The notes under the pieces are model-generated. The model made no database searches. It worked only from the letters and a program-made list of their open reading frames with translations, and was not told where the DNA came from. Positions 23,868 through 34,167 of a stretch of DNA of 64,000 nucleotides are shown piece after piece. The stretch comes from Nitrososphaeraceae archaeon. GTDB taxonomy: Archaea; Thermoproteota; Nitrososphaeria; Nitrososphaerales; Nitrososphaeraceae. The DNA is taken from assembly GCA_035297365.1 (NCBI GenBank), contig DATGZA010000097.1, forward strand, positions 1-64,000. The letters are read 5' to 3'. A program made the position numbers and the translations under genes. Numbering within the stretch: position 1 is the first letter of the stretch; every line of letters starts with the position of its first letter.

Positions 23868-24317
23868 ATGGTTGTAAATCTCAAAAAGAAAAGAGAATTG
23901 GTGGCTAGAATGCTTAATGTAGGTGCAAATCGTGTTCGATTTGAACCTGACAAGTTAGATGATATTGCCGATTCTATCACTAGAGAAGATATACGATCTT
24001 TAATTAAGAACGGTGTGATTTGGACAGCAAAAACAAAGGGTACATCAAGGGCAGGAGCCAAAGCGAAATTACAAGTGAAGAAAAAACGTGGTATCGGAAC
24101 TGGATCTAAAAAAGGAAAGAAGGGTGCTAGAATTGGTAAGAAAGAAAGTTACGTGAAGAAAATACGAACTATGAGATATCATTTGAAAATACTCAAAAGT
24201 AGGAGCGATATTAATCGTGACATATTCTGGTCATTATACAAAAAAGTAAATGGTGGTCAGATAAGGTCCTTATCTCACCTACGAGAAAATATAAGAGAAA
24301 TTAAATCACAACAATAA
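23868..24317 (+). CDS. rpl19e: 50S ribosomal protein L19e
   Basis: LVARMLNVGANRV...ITREDIRSLIKNG...GSKKGKKGAR. Confidence 0.97.
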   Translation: MVVNLKKKRELVARMLNVGANRVRFEPDKLDDIADSITREDIRSLIKNGVIWTAKTKGTSRAGAKAKLQVKKKRGIGTGSKKGKKGARIGKKESYVKKIRTMRYHLKILKSRSDINRDIFWSLYKKVNGGQIRSLSHLRENIREIKSQQ

Positions 24318-24368
24318 ACGATAACATAGATTTTCCATTCTTTTAGCGTTTTCATTAATGTGTATGAA

Positions 24369-24566
24369 TCAATTAAAATCATTTATTATAGAGCTAGTTA
24401 TGTTGATCAATCTATCTCTTAGATTTATGACACCAGATCGTTTTTCTCCGTCTAGATTTGTTTGAAGTAAAGTTTCCAATCCTTCAACTAAGTATTTGAT
24501 GTTGGGCAAGGTAAGAATTTCAGAATTTTCAGAATCTTCAGATCCACTTTCTACCCGCTTATTCAT
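24369..24566 (-). CDS. Hypothetical small protein
   Basis: 65-aa ATG ORF filling the intergenic gap; amphipathic helices. Confidence 0.5.
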   Translation of the reverse strand: MNKRVESGSEDSENSEILTLPNIKYLVEGLETLLQTNLDGEKRSGVINLRDRLINITSSIINDFN

Positions 24567-24691
24567 ATTTAAAATTATTTCTTGTTAATGTTAAACGTTA
24601 TGGTACCATTTTATTTTTGTTAATAGTAATATATTACACAAATAAAAGATTAGATGTCAAACAATATTATTATCCAAAAAAATTTGTTATT

Positions 24692-25504
24692 ATGATGTCT
24701 ATTACTTTAGTAGTTTCCGAATCTGATCCTGCCAGTAAATCAATGAGTATATATTTAGAAAAGGAAAAAAAATTCGTTCCAACACAACAAAATGATATAC
24801 TTTTTTCAAATTTGTACAAGAACATTTTATTGTATAAATCAAAGAATTCATTGCTTTTTACTAATAATCTTGACAACAAATTTCCGAATTCTGATGCCTT
24901 TATTTTTCTCTCTAAACATCAATCAAATAGTAAATTTCCATCATTGACATGTCATTTTACAGGTAACTTTGAAAATAATCGATATGGTGGTAATTCGTAT
25001 GAATTGGGGATTTCATATCCATCTTTACAAAAAATCTATTTACAACATCTTGATGAAATTAAAGAAAAATTACACCCATTTGCAATCACAATCGAGGCAA
25101 CACATCACGGTCCTACTTCGATAAAAAAACCAATGATGTTTGTAGAGATCGGTTCTACAGAAAAAGAATGGGGTAACATAACTATTGCATCTTTAGTTTG
25201 TGATTGTATATTATCCGTTATTTCAAATCCAATAAATCATCAAAAAAAAATAGGAATTGGTATTGGAGGAACTCACTATGGATCAAAATTTAATAATATA
25301 ATAATAAATTCTGATATAGCAATGGGTCATGTTTCCTCAAAATATAACCTACGCAATGTTAATGAATACTTGCTAAATCAGATGATTACAAAATGTCATG
25401 AAAAAATAACTCATATAATATTAGATAATAAAGGATTAGGAAATGAAAAACAAAGAATTTTTGATTTAATCAAAGATACTGGTCTAGATATTCTAAAAAT
25501 ATAG
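24692..25504 (+). CDS. dtdA: Archaeal D-aminoacyl-tRNA deacylase (DTD2)
   Basis: FLSKH, LTCHFTGN, EATHHGPT, FVEIGS, GGTHY; start set at ATG 24692. Confidence 0.93.
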   Translation: MMSITLVVSESDPASKSMSIYLEKEKKFVPTQQNDILFSNLYKNILLYKSKNSLLFTNNLDNKFPNSDAFIFLSKHQSNSKFPSLTCHFTGNFENNRYGGNSYELGISYPSLQKIYLQHLDEIKEKLHPFAITIEATHHGPTSIKKPMMFVEIGSTEKEWGNITIASLVCDCILSVISNPINHQKKIGIGIGGTHYGSKFNNIIINSDIAMGHVSSKYNLRNVNEYLLNQMITKCHEKITHIILDNKGLGNEKQRIFDLIKDTGLDILKI

Positions 25505-25561
25505 TTTAAAAACTTGTGAATTAATAAATAGCTTTTTTTATTACTGTATTGGTGTTCAGAG

Positions 25562-25972
25562 ATATCTTCAGCACATGATGTAGTCACCGTTTTTTTATAT
25601 CATGAAAAAAAGATCCTGTTATTAAAGAGAAGTAACAACGTAAAAACTATGAAGAATAAATGGGCAGGAATAAGTGGGTTCATAGAAAACGAGGACCCCC
25701 TATCTTGCGCATATCGAGAAATTTTCGAGGAAACAGGTATAGAAAAAAAATTCCTCACACCATTACAACAAGGAGAAACATTGTCTCTATTTTTATCTGA
25801 TAATCATATAAAACTAACTATCCATCCTTTTCTTTTTTTATCCATGACAAACATCATAAAACTTAATTGGGAAAATTCAAAATACATGTGGATACGGCCA
25901 CAGGATATAGATTTTTTTGATTCTGTTCCAAAACTTAAGAATGTGTTGTCTAGTGTTTATCATAATTTATGA
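25562..25972 (+). CDS. NUDIX hydrolase (start uncertain)
   Basis: Nudix box GFIE...AYREIFEETG; frame open upstream of ATG 25649 with VVTVFL...ILLLKRS. Confidence 0.85.
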   Translation: MSSAHDVVTVFLYHEKKILLLKRSNNVKTMKNKWAGISGFIENEDPLSCAYREIFEETGIEKKFLTPLQQGETLSLFLSDNHIKLTIHPFLFLSMTNIIKLNWENSKYMWIRPQDIDFFDSVPKLKNVLSSVYHNL

Positions 25973-26700
25973 ATTCTAGTTGTATATAACTCTATTCAAC
26001 ATATATACACAGGAGAAACAACTTGATTTATTATATAATTCACTTTGCTTAAAAAAACAGAAATTACAGTTTAAATTGTTCAGTTCAAAAGACATCCTGC
26101 ATTTCAAGAATTTGTTTATGGATAATATTATCCATTTTTATGATTTTGTATTTGATATTTTTTGGTATTATTTTTATTATCCATCAAACATTTTACAAAA
26201 TATTATCTTTGGAGTTGTAGAATTGTATACTAGATTAACAAAAAAATTTTACTCTCAAAACCATTCTTTAGAATATTAATGTAATCTTAGTCGATTGCGT
26301 ATTTGATATTTAATGATCAAATTAAAGTCTGAGAATTCTAAAAAATAACACATAAAAATTCTCCGTTATTTTTATATGTTTTCGACATTCTTAAATCTAT
26401 TGGCTAAATTTACAGACAAATCTTTCCACAATAATAATATCTCGATTTTGTTTTGATGTTGAAAAAGAAAAAATGTGAGGTATATATCAGAATTGGAAAT
26501 AATTGTAGGAGCAAAGACTGAATAAGAAGTTTCCTCTAACAGTAATGCTTTTGGATATATTTTATATAAATACTGAATACTAGACAATATATTATGTGGC
26601 TATAAATTGTTTAACCAATATTTTTTCTTAATATTAATCTTTCATTCACTTAATTGATAACTATTAATATAAGTTTAAAACTTGAAAATATGTTTAATTT

Positions 26701-28500
26701 ATGGTATTACCAGAAGAACATGGTCTAGGTAGGTGGAGGTTAAACGACCTTATTGATAATAAAAAAAATACATCACAAATTTATTTAAAACAGATAAGTA
26801 ATGATGTTAAGAAATTTGAAAAATCCAAGAAATTTTTAAATAATTCAATTACAATACAAAAATTTTCAGAAATCATAAATCAAGTAGAAAATATTTCAGA
26901 AAAACTTAATAGAGTAATAGGGCACGCACATTTACAATATTGTACTGATACTAACTCAAATAAATATTCTGCTTTAGTTACCGAAATGGAATTATTGGGA
27001 ACAGATATCTCTAATAAATTGCTCATTTTTGATATCTGGTTTAAAAATATATTGAATGAAAATGTGGCTAAAAAATTGATCCAAAATATTGATCCTGTGT
27101 ATAGAGAATTTCTTAAACATAAAAGACTAATGGGCAAATATACTTTATCTGAAAAAGAAGAAAAACTCATAAATATTTTTGACGTTACGGGACCGGGAGC
27201 TCTTGTAAAAATCTATGATAGAATGACAAATGATTTTGAATTTCTAACTGTAATTAAGAAAAATGATAGAATTCAAAGAAAAAAATATGATAATAAAGAA
27301 AAACTAATGTCTCTTGTTAGAAGTGAAAAATCTGAAGAAAGAGAAGCAGCATATAAGGCATTATTTGCAGTATACAAAAAATATAGTGGAATTCTCGGGG
27401 AAATTTATACCAATTTGATAATTCAATGGCATGATGAAAACATCAAAATGAGGGGATTTGATTCAGCAATCTCGGTAAGGAATATGTATAACGATATTGG
27501 TGACGAGATCATAAATACTTTACTAAATACATGTAAAGAAAATATTCTCATATTTCACAAATATTTCAAATTAAAAGCAAAAATGTTGGGAATGAAAAAA
27601 TTAACCAGGTATCATCTTTATGCTCCGCTTGTTATAAATACAAAGGTCAAAAAATATACATATGAACAGGCTGTTAATCTAGTTCTAAATGTATTCGAAT
27701 CATTCGATCCTAGATTTCGTGAGTATGCTACACTGCTATTTACTAATAACCATGTAGATTCAGAAATAAGAAAAGGAAAAATAGGAGGTGCATTTTGTTC
27801 TACTATCACGCCAAAAATAACTCCTTATGTATTGTTGAATTTTGATGGTCGTTCACGTGACGTTTCAACAATGGCTCATGAATTCGGTCATGCTATACAC
27901 AGTATTTGCTCTAAAAATTTGCCCATAACTGTATCTCATGCCCCTTTACCATTAGCTGAAACTGCTTCTGTATTTGCTGAAATGCTTTTGAATGAAAAAT
28001 TAGTAGCGGAGGCGGAATATTCCGAAAAAAGCATCTTGTTAGCTGAACAAATAGATGACATGTATGCCACCATTATGCGTCAATCATTTTTTACAATTTT
28101 TGAAATAGAAGCGCATAACAGTGTAACCAAAAATAATTCAACTATAGACGAGCTTTCAAATATATATCACCAAAATCTGACTAAACAATTTGGAACTTCT
28201 ATGGACATTTCTGAAGAATTTCAGTGGGAATGGCTTTATATTCCTCACTTTTATCATACTCCGTTCTATTGTTACGCCTATTCATTTGGTAACTTATTAG
28301 TACTTTCATTATTTAATCTATATAAAAAGGAAGGAAGAACTTTTATTCCAAAATATCTGAAAATACTTTCAGCTGGTGGGTCAAAGAAGCCGGAACATTT
28401 ACTAAATGAAATTGGAATTAATATTTCAAGTAGAAGCTTTTGGCAACAAGGTTTTGACCTAGTAGCAGAAAAAATAACTCAATTAGAAAAACTCTTGTGA
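26701..28500 (+). CDS. pepF: Oligoendopeptidase F (peptidase M3B)
   Basis: GKIGGAFC, HEFGH, AETASVFAE, WLYIPHFYHTPFYCYAY. Confidence 0.94.
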   Translation: MVLPEEHGLGRWRLNDLIDNKKNTSQIYLKQISNDVKKFEKSKKFLNNSITIQKFSEIINQVENISEKLNRVIGHAHLQYCTDTNSNKYSALVTEMELLGTDISNKLLIFDIWFKNILNENVAKKLIQNIDPVYREFLKHKRLMGKYTLSEKEEKLINIFDVTGPGALVKIYDRMTNDFEFLTVIKKNDRIQRKKYDNKEKLMSLVRSEKSEEREAAYKALFAVYKKYSGILGEIYTNLIIQWHDENIKMRGFDSAISVRNMYNDIGDEIINTLLNTCKENILIFHKYFKLKAKMLGMKKLTRYHLYAPLVINTKVKKYTYEQAVNLVLNVFESFDPRFREYATLLFTNNHVDSEIRKGKIGGAFCSTITPKITPYVLLNFDGRSRDVSTMAHEFGHAIHSICSKNLPITVSHAPLPLAETASVFAEMLLNEKLVAEAEYSEKSILLAEQIDDMYATIMRQSFFTIFEIEAHNSVTKNNSTIDELSNIYHQNLTKQFGTSMDISEEFQWEWLYIPHFYHTPFYCYAYSFGNLLVLSLFNLYKKEGRTFIPKYLKILSAGGSKKPEHLLNEIGINISSRSFWQQGFDLVAEKITQLEKLL

Positions 28501-29561
28501 ATTTATTGTCCAAAGAAAATTTGTTAAAAAACATGATTTAGTGATATATTATAATTTATATATTACGTGGATCATACATATATAAATAAGTTCTCTGTCA
28601 ATATGGTGTACTTAAATATGTTTATAATAACATGATACTTGTTCCAATATTATGGGAATTAAAGGAAATAATCTTGCAAATATAATAAAATCATATATAA
28701 AACAACTGCATTAAGTATTTGTTGCGTTTTTTTTATCCTTTCCATCATCTTTAACAAAGCTATTTAAGTAATATTATTTGATAGAATGTAAAATACAGTG
28801 TACATGAACAAAAAATATATTTTATTAGATTAAGAACTTATTGATATATCTGACTTATATTTTCGTTTTTCAGAGGTCAAATGATAAATATTTTGCATCT
28901 ATTCAATTTGAAAATATAGTAAATAGAGTGATGTTTGAGGTATTTGTTCATGACTTATTGAATGAAAAACTGTTTGTTATATATGTAACTTAGATATGCT
29001 ATGAAAATCCAAATCAATTGTTCAAATTATCAATGTTACAAGTGTGTTGAAAAAATAAAATCGTTTTTCAATCTCAATTGATTTTAAGGATAAAGATAAT
29101 ATTACAATAAAATTTCCAATGATATAACTACCGTAACTAAAAATTTTTGGACTAAACTGGTCGATGCCATTAAAAAGATTTTAAACCTTTTGTAAAATTG
29201 TACTACATAACTATCTATTTCAAAATTACTGTGGTGAAAATTAAAGTCTAAACAATATTAAATATTACTTAGGTGATTTTTTACATATATGATGTAAAAA
29301 ATCCATAAAATAAAAAAGGAATAAATGATTTAAATATTATCAAAGAATTTTTTTATAAATCAAAATTTGTTATTACATGACTGGGTTTCTTTTTCCACCA
29401 CGAGAATAAATCTTTATTTCTTTGTTTGTCACTTTTGTCATTGATTTTATAATCATCGATCGTCTAACATCCGTTAAAAAAGACAACTAAGAAAGCACAA
29501 ATCCATGTAATGACTACAAACAAGATTTGTCAGAAAATTGATACCTTTATTCAATATCCTT

Positions 29562-29714
29562 TTATTCTTGTATCATTCTACCTTGAATCGAATTGATTTT
29601 TCGTATTTTACTGTGACCAGTTTTTGTTTTATGATCATCCACATCTGAATTAAAAAAGAAACTATCATGACAATCCTCGCAATACCAAATACTATTCAAA
29701 TCATCTGGATGCAT
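29562..29714 (-). CDS. C2H2-type zinc-finger microprotein (50 aa)
   Basis: MHPDDLNSIWYCEDCHDSFFFNSDVDDHKTKTGHSKIRKINSIQGRMIQE; CxxC-x3-F-x8-H-x5-H. Confidence 0.75.
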   Translation of the reverse strand: MHPDDLNSIWYCEDCHDSFFFNSDVDDHKTKTGHSKIRKINSIQGRMIQE

Positions 29715-30191
29715 AGATTATGTTATATTTAATCGAATATAAGAAATTAGTAATTATCTAATGGGAAAATAATAGAAACTATCTATTGTTGAAAACTTAT
29801 ATATTTTTTTTCTAGATCTGATTAGTATAAAAAAAATCTTACTATTTTATACAATGATTGTTATATTCTATTTTAGCAGAAAGATGATTTCAAAAAAAAG
29901 CAATTTATTATAAAAAAAATTCATCTACCTAGGGATAGTTAATCTACAAAATAGTGTTTTAAATATCTCCTCAAATCGTCTTCATCATCAAATCCTAGAT
30001 ATGTTCTCAGATTATCTATCCGTTCTTCATCGATTTCTTGATTGTTTTGTTCATTATTAAGTGCCATATATGCACTGCCCAAATTTTTATTACTCTATCG
30101 TTGTAAGGAGTTTGACTTACTTAAACATTATGAATATCTTTTCTAAAGAAAAAGCAATTTCAGCTCAATTCTATATTTATTCCATAAACGA

Positions 30192-31577
30192 TCATGCTAA
30201 CCCAAGTATTTTTTCATCTGATAATGCCTTATTCAATTCTTGTTCATTCATCAGCTTTCTTTCCAATACTAACTCTCGAATACTTCGTCTAGTTTCTAAA
30301 GCTTCTTTGTAGATCTCGGCCGCTCTTAAATATCCAATGTATGGATTTAAAAGAGTTATCAATATTGGACTATTTTCCATCTGATCCCTTAATTTTCTTG
30401 TATTTGCTTGTATTCCGTCGATGAAATTGGAAGCAAATATTGGAAGAAAGTTAATTAACATATCCGTAGCATCTAAAATGTTTTTTAGCATTCCTGGTAA
30501 CATTACATTTAATTCAAATTGTCCCGCCTGAGCAGCCATTGCAATTGAAACGTCTCTTCCAATTATATCAAAACATATCATGTTTAAGCACTCTGCAAGC
30601 GAAGGATTTACCTTCCCGGGCATTATCGAAGAACCTGCATGAACTGCTGGAATTAATATTTCGGCTAAACCAGCTGTCGGTCCAGAAGCCATTAGTCTTA
30701 AATCATTAGCAAGTTTGATAATTTCTAGTGCTAGATTCCTTAAAGAAGATGAACAATTTGCTACATCATATTTGCTTTGTAATGAATAAAACAGATTGTC
30801 CGAAGATTTTAAGTTAAAACCTGATATCTCTGAAAGATTTTTCACGACTTCATTTTTATATCCTCTTGGTGCATTAGCCCCTGTACCGACTGCCGTTCCA
30901 CCTAAGCCGATAAATTCTAATTTTTGTTTTGCTATTATTATCATTTCCTTTGCCTTTTCTAGTGAAAAAACATATTCATCAAACTCCGCACCTAGTGTCA
31001 CCGGTATGGCATCCATTAAATGTGTTCTTCCTATTTTGATAATTTCTGCAAATTCTATTCCTTTTTTTCTTAATGATTCTATCAGCTTGTCTAACGAATC
31101 AATTGTAAATTTGATATTCATTAATATAGCAATATTCATGGCTGTTGGAAAAGTATCATTGCTGGATTGAGACATGTTAACATGATCATTAGGACTCACA
31201 ACGTTGTATTCTCCTTTCTTTTTGCCAAGAATTTCCAATGCCCTGTTAGCTATTACCTCATTTGAATTCATATTAAAAGCTGTTCCAGCTCCAGAATTAA
31301 TCGATTCTATCACAAATTCCTCCATATACCTTCCTGATAAAATCTCGTCACAAGCCTGAATTATTGCTTGTCCTATCTCTATATCCAGAATATTCAATTC
31401 CATATTGGCCATGGCTGCGGACCGTTTAATCATGGCGAAAGCTTTTACCAAGTTAACATGCGATTTTTGTCCACTAACTTTGTATTGTTTTAATGCTCTA
31501 GAAGTAAAAGGGCCATAGTATGAATCTATAGGAACTTGAATTTCTCCTAAGGAATCTCTATCAATTCTAAACGACAT
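30192..31577 (-). CDS. Class II fumarate hydratase / aspartate ammonia-lyase family
   Basis: DSLGEIQVP, NMNSNEV, PNDHVNMSQSSND, GRTH, GSSIMPGKVNP signature. Confidence 0.93.
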   Translation of the reverse strand: MSFRIDRDSLGEIQVPIDSYYGPFTSRALKQYKVSGQKSHVNLVKAFAMIKRSAAMANMELNILDIEIGQAIIQACDEILSGRYMEEFVIESINSGAGTAFNMNSNEVIANRALEILGKKKGEYNVVSPNDHVNMSQSSNDTFPTAMNIAILMNIKFTIDSLDKLIESLRKKGIEFAEIIKIGRTHLMDAIPVTLGAEFDEYVFSLEKAKEMIIIAKQKLEFIGLGGTAVGTGANAPRGYKNEVVKNLSEISGFNLKSSDNLFYSLQSKYDVANCSSSLRNLALEIIKLANDLRLMASGPTAGLAEILIPAVHAGSSIMPGKVNPSLAECLNMICFDIIGRDVSIAMAAQAGQFELNVMLPGMLKNILDATDMLINFLPIFASNFIDGIQANTRKLRDQMENSPILITLLNPYIGYLRAAEIYKEALETRRSIRELVLERKLMNEQELNKALSDEKILGLA

Positions 31578-31694
31578 TTTATAATGTTTATTCTAATATC
31601 TAAATAAATTAATTGCTTTATATGATCAGTAGACTCTGTTGTTTAGTATAAGTTTATATAATATATTTATATAGTCTACAGAAAGCATATCAAT

Positions 31695-32258
31695 ATGCCG
31701 CAAACAAAACCCATTGTAAGTATCGAAAATGTTGTTGCGTCTGCTACAATTAATCAAACTGTGAATTTAAACCAAATAACTCAGATATTTCCAGATGTAG
31801 AATATCATCCTGACCAATTTCCGGGACTAGTTTTTAGATTAAAATCACCGAAAACGGCCACTTTGATCTTTAGCTCTGGAAAGATGGTTTGTACTGGGGC
31901 TAAATCTGAAGATCAAGCTATCAAAGCAGTAAAGAGTGTTGTACAAAAATTAAAAAAAGGAAGTATTAACATAGAAAATGAGCCTATTATAGAGATTCAA
32001 AATATCGTAGCATCAGCTAGTCTAGGAGGTAAAATCCACTTAGAACTAGCTGCCCGTGTACTTCCACGAAGTATGTATGAACCTGAACAATTTCCTGGAC
32101 TAATTCATAGAATGTTGGATCCAAAAACCGTTATACTCCTGTTTGCCAGTGGTAAATTAGTGTGCACTGGGGCTAAAAAAGAGGCCGAAGTTTATCGAGC
32201 TGTTCATAATTTGCATACGTTACTTGAAGAGAAGAACTTAATGATTTATGAGGGATAA
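31695..32258 (+). CDS. tbp: TATA-box-binding protein
   Basis: Two repeats of NxVAS...YxPxQFPGL...FxSGKxVCTGAK. Confidence 0.99.
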   Translation: MPQTKPIVSIENVVASATINQTVNLNQITQIFPDVEYHPDQFPGLVFRLKSPKTATLIFSSGKMVCTGAKSEDQAIKAVKSVVQKLKKGSINIENEPIIEIQNIVASASLGGKIHLELAARVLPRSMYEPEQFPGLIHRMLDPKTVILLFASGKLVCTGAKKEAEVYRAVHNLHTLLEEKNLMIYEG

Positions 32259-32273
32259 TCTTTTATGCCGTTT

Positions 32274-32867
32274 TTATTTTTTAAGATCTTCTCTTTTTTC
32301 TCTGTCTATTAAATTTCTAGAATAAAGGATATCAGAAATTTCTGTCATCGTTATTAAAAACTTTAGGTCAATATCTATTTGCGTGTATTTCTCGATTATT
32401 TCATTATTTCCCCTAAAAAGTATTGATAATACATTATTGACTTTTGCACCATTATTTCTGATTACCTTTATTGCATGTTTTAAGGACTGTCCTGTTGTAA
32501 TTACATCGTCTATTAGTAAGACATTTTGATTCTTTTGCAATTTTCCTTCAATTAAATTGTTAACTCCGTAACCTTTTGACTCCTTTCTTATGTATATCAG
32601 AGGTCTGAAGATTTCATACGCTAATGCAGATGTAAATACTAAACCTGATGTTGGGACTGTAGCTAAACAGTCAAATTCCAATCCATCGTCTATTATCTTA
32701 TCTCTTAAGGAAATTATCGTTTGATGAAAGATTGATGGATGACTCTGTATATTTCTGAGGTCTATGTAATAACTACTATCTAATCCGCTAGAAAGTCTAA
32801 ATTTACCGAATTTGAGCGAATTAGACTGGATTAAGAAGGTTGCAAAATTAATTCGAAAATCTTCCAT
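32274..32867 (-). CDS. pyrE: Orotate phosphoribosyltransferase
   Basis: FGKFRLSSG...YYIDLR, IRKESKGYG, PRPP motif LLIDDVITTGQS; start moved to ATG 32867 to avoid overlap. Confidence 0.94.
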   Translation of the reverse strand: MEDFRINFATFLIQSNSLKFGKFRLSSGLDSSYYIDLRNIQSHPSIFHQTIISLRDKIIDDGLEFDCLATVPTSGLVFTSALAYEIFRPLIYIRKESKGYGVNNLIEGKLQKNQNVLLIDDVITTGQSLKHAIKVIRNNGAKVNNVLSILFRGNNEIIEKYTQIDIDLKFLITMTEISDILYSRNLIDREKREDLKK

Positions 32868-32918
32868 TTCAATCTTAATGTGAAAGAGATTTATTTTAAC
32901 TCTTTTAGATAATTCTTC

Positions 32919-34025
32919 ATGCCCGAAATATGGCTTGGCTACGGAACTACGAACGTAGTTCTCGATATCAAACAAGAAAATTTAAGTCACTTTGTACCTA
33001 CACCACAGATTTTCTCTAAAGAATATTTGTATAATTTTCTGTCAAATATCAATTTTTTAAAAAAAACTCTATTCTTTCCTTTATCGGCTTCTAAAGCGGT
33101 AATAAAAATACTCTCATTATTGATTGACATCTCTAATTCTAATCCAGATTTTGAGATAGAAATTGGCACTTATCCAATAATATTTCAGCTAATTAGAACT
33201 TATTTTTCTAATTACAGAAAACCAATTACACAAATAGAAAAACAGGATCTCCTTGACAAAATTAAAAAATATAATCAGGTTGTTTTTATTTCCAGAGTAT
33301 ATCACGATCCTTTGTTTGGATTCCATGGAACTCCTTCTATTCTAATGAGAAATTCAGGCAATAATTTGATGAATCAACTTTTTTCATCTTCTTCAATGGA
33401 ATTTCCAAAACCAGGTGAAGTCGGCGAACCACTTAAAATGGCTTTTGAATTTTGTAATAAATTAAATATATACTCAATAGATCTAGTTTCCTATAATTCA
33501 GATATCGTGGATATTCATTATGGTAATACTATCTCTGATTTTCAGGAATCTATTTTAAGCTTAAATTCCATAGTCGCATTATATGATGGAGAAAATAGGG
33601 CAATCATTGCTAGCTCAGGATATGAATATGAGAATCATCTCACTCTAAGCAATTCATTGAATTTTCTCTGGAATATTGTACCCATACTTAGAAAAAATGG
33701 ATCTGCTGTACTGTTATCTGAAAGTAGCGGTGGTATTGGGGAAGGAGCATTAAAAATGTATATCGAGGGAAGACTATCTATGAATGAAATTAAAAAATGT
33801 AATTATATAAATGGACTGGAACATCTACTTTTTCTTAAATGTTTACGGGATGAGTATAATCTTGGAATTGTTTCATCACTGCCTTTTTATTATACAGGTA
33901 AAAAACTTGGCCTTACACCCTTTAACAATGTTAAGGAAGTTCTTGAGAATTTCTTGTCAAAATATGGCAGGAATAGTAAAGTAATAGTTTGTCCAGATCC
34001 AGATAGTACATTGCTTCGGAAATAG
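32919..34025 (+). CDS. Conserved hypothetical protein, degenerate LarA (lactate racemase)-like
   Basis: IWLGYG N-terminus, DPLFGFHG, IIASSG..., LLSESSGGIG and SKVIVCPD resemble the LarA scaffold. Confidence 0.6.
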   Translation: MPEIWLGYGTTNVVLDIKQENLSHFVPTPQIFSKEYLYNFLSNINFLKKTLFFPLSASKAVIKILSLLIDISNSNPDFEIEIGTYPIIFQLIRTYFSNYRKPITQIEKQDLLDKIKKYNQVVFISRVYHDPLFGFHGTPSILMRNSGNNLMNQLFSSSSMEFPKPGEVGEPLKMAFEFCNKLNIYSIDLVSYNSDIVDIHYGNTISDFQESILSLNSIVALYDGENRAIIASSGYEYENHLTLSNSLNFLWNIVPILRKNGSAVLLSESSGGIGEGALKMYIEGRLSMNEIKKCNYINGLEHLLFLKCLRDEYNLGIVSSLPFYYTGKKLGLTPFNNVKEVLENFLSKYGRNSKVIVCPDPDSTLLRK

Positions 34026-34167
34026 ACGTTAAATTGATATTAAGGAATTCTTTTATGTGCAGAACACAGAAACATGTAATCTTTATAAGATGTCAATTTA
34101 CCGGTTCATTTTTCAATTTACTACCTATATAAAGTTATATACTTTATCAAAATTACTCATAATACAT

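Noticed and set aside
25980-26587. 99-aa and 71-aa ORFs between NUDIX and pepF
   Set aside because: F/Y/I/L/N-biased composition typical of chance ORFs in AT-rich DNA.
28501-30191. Replication origin
   Set aside because: AT-rich, but no ORB repeats or adjacent cdc6/orc1 identified.
30061-30312. 83-aa + strand ORF
   Set aside because: Overlaps the 3' end of the fumarase/aspartase gene in antisense; no motif.
32868-32975. Apparent head-to-head overlap of pyrE with the next gene
   Set aside because: Disappears when pyrE starts at ATG 32867.
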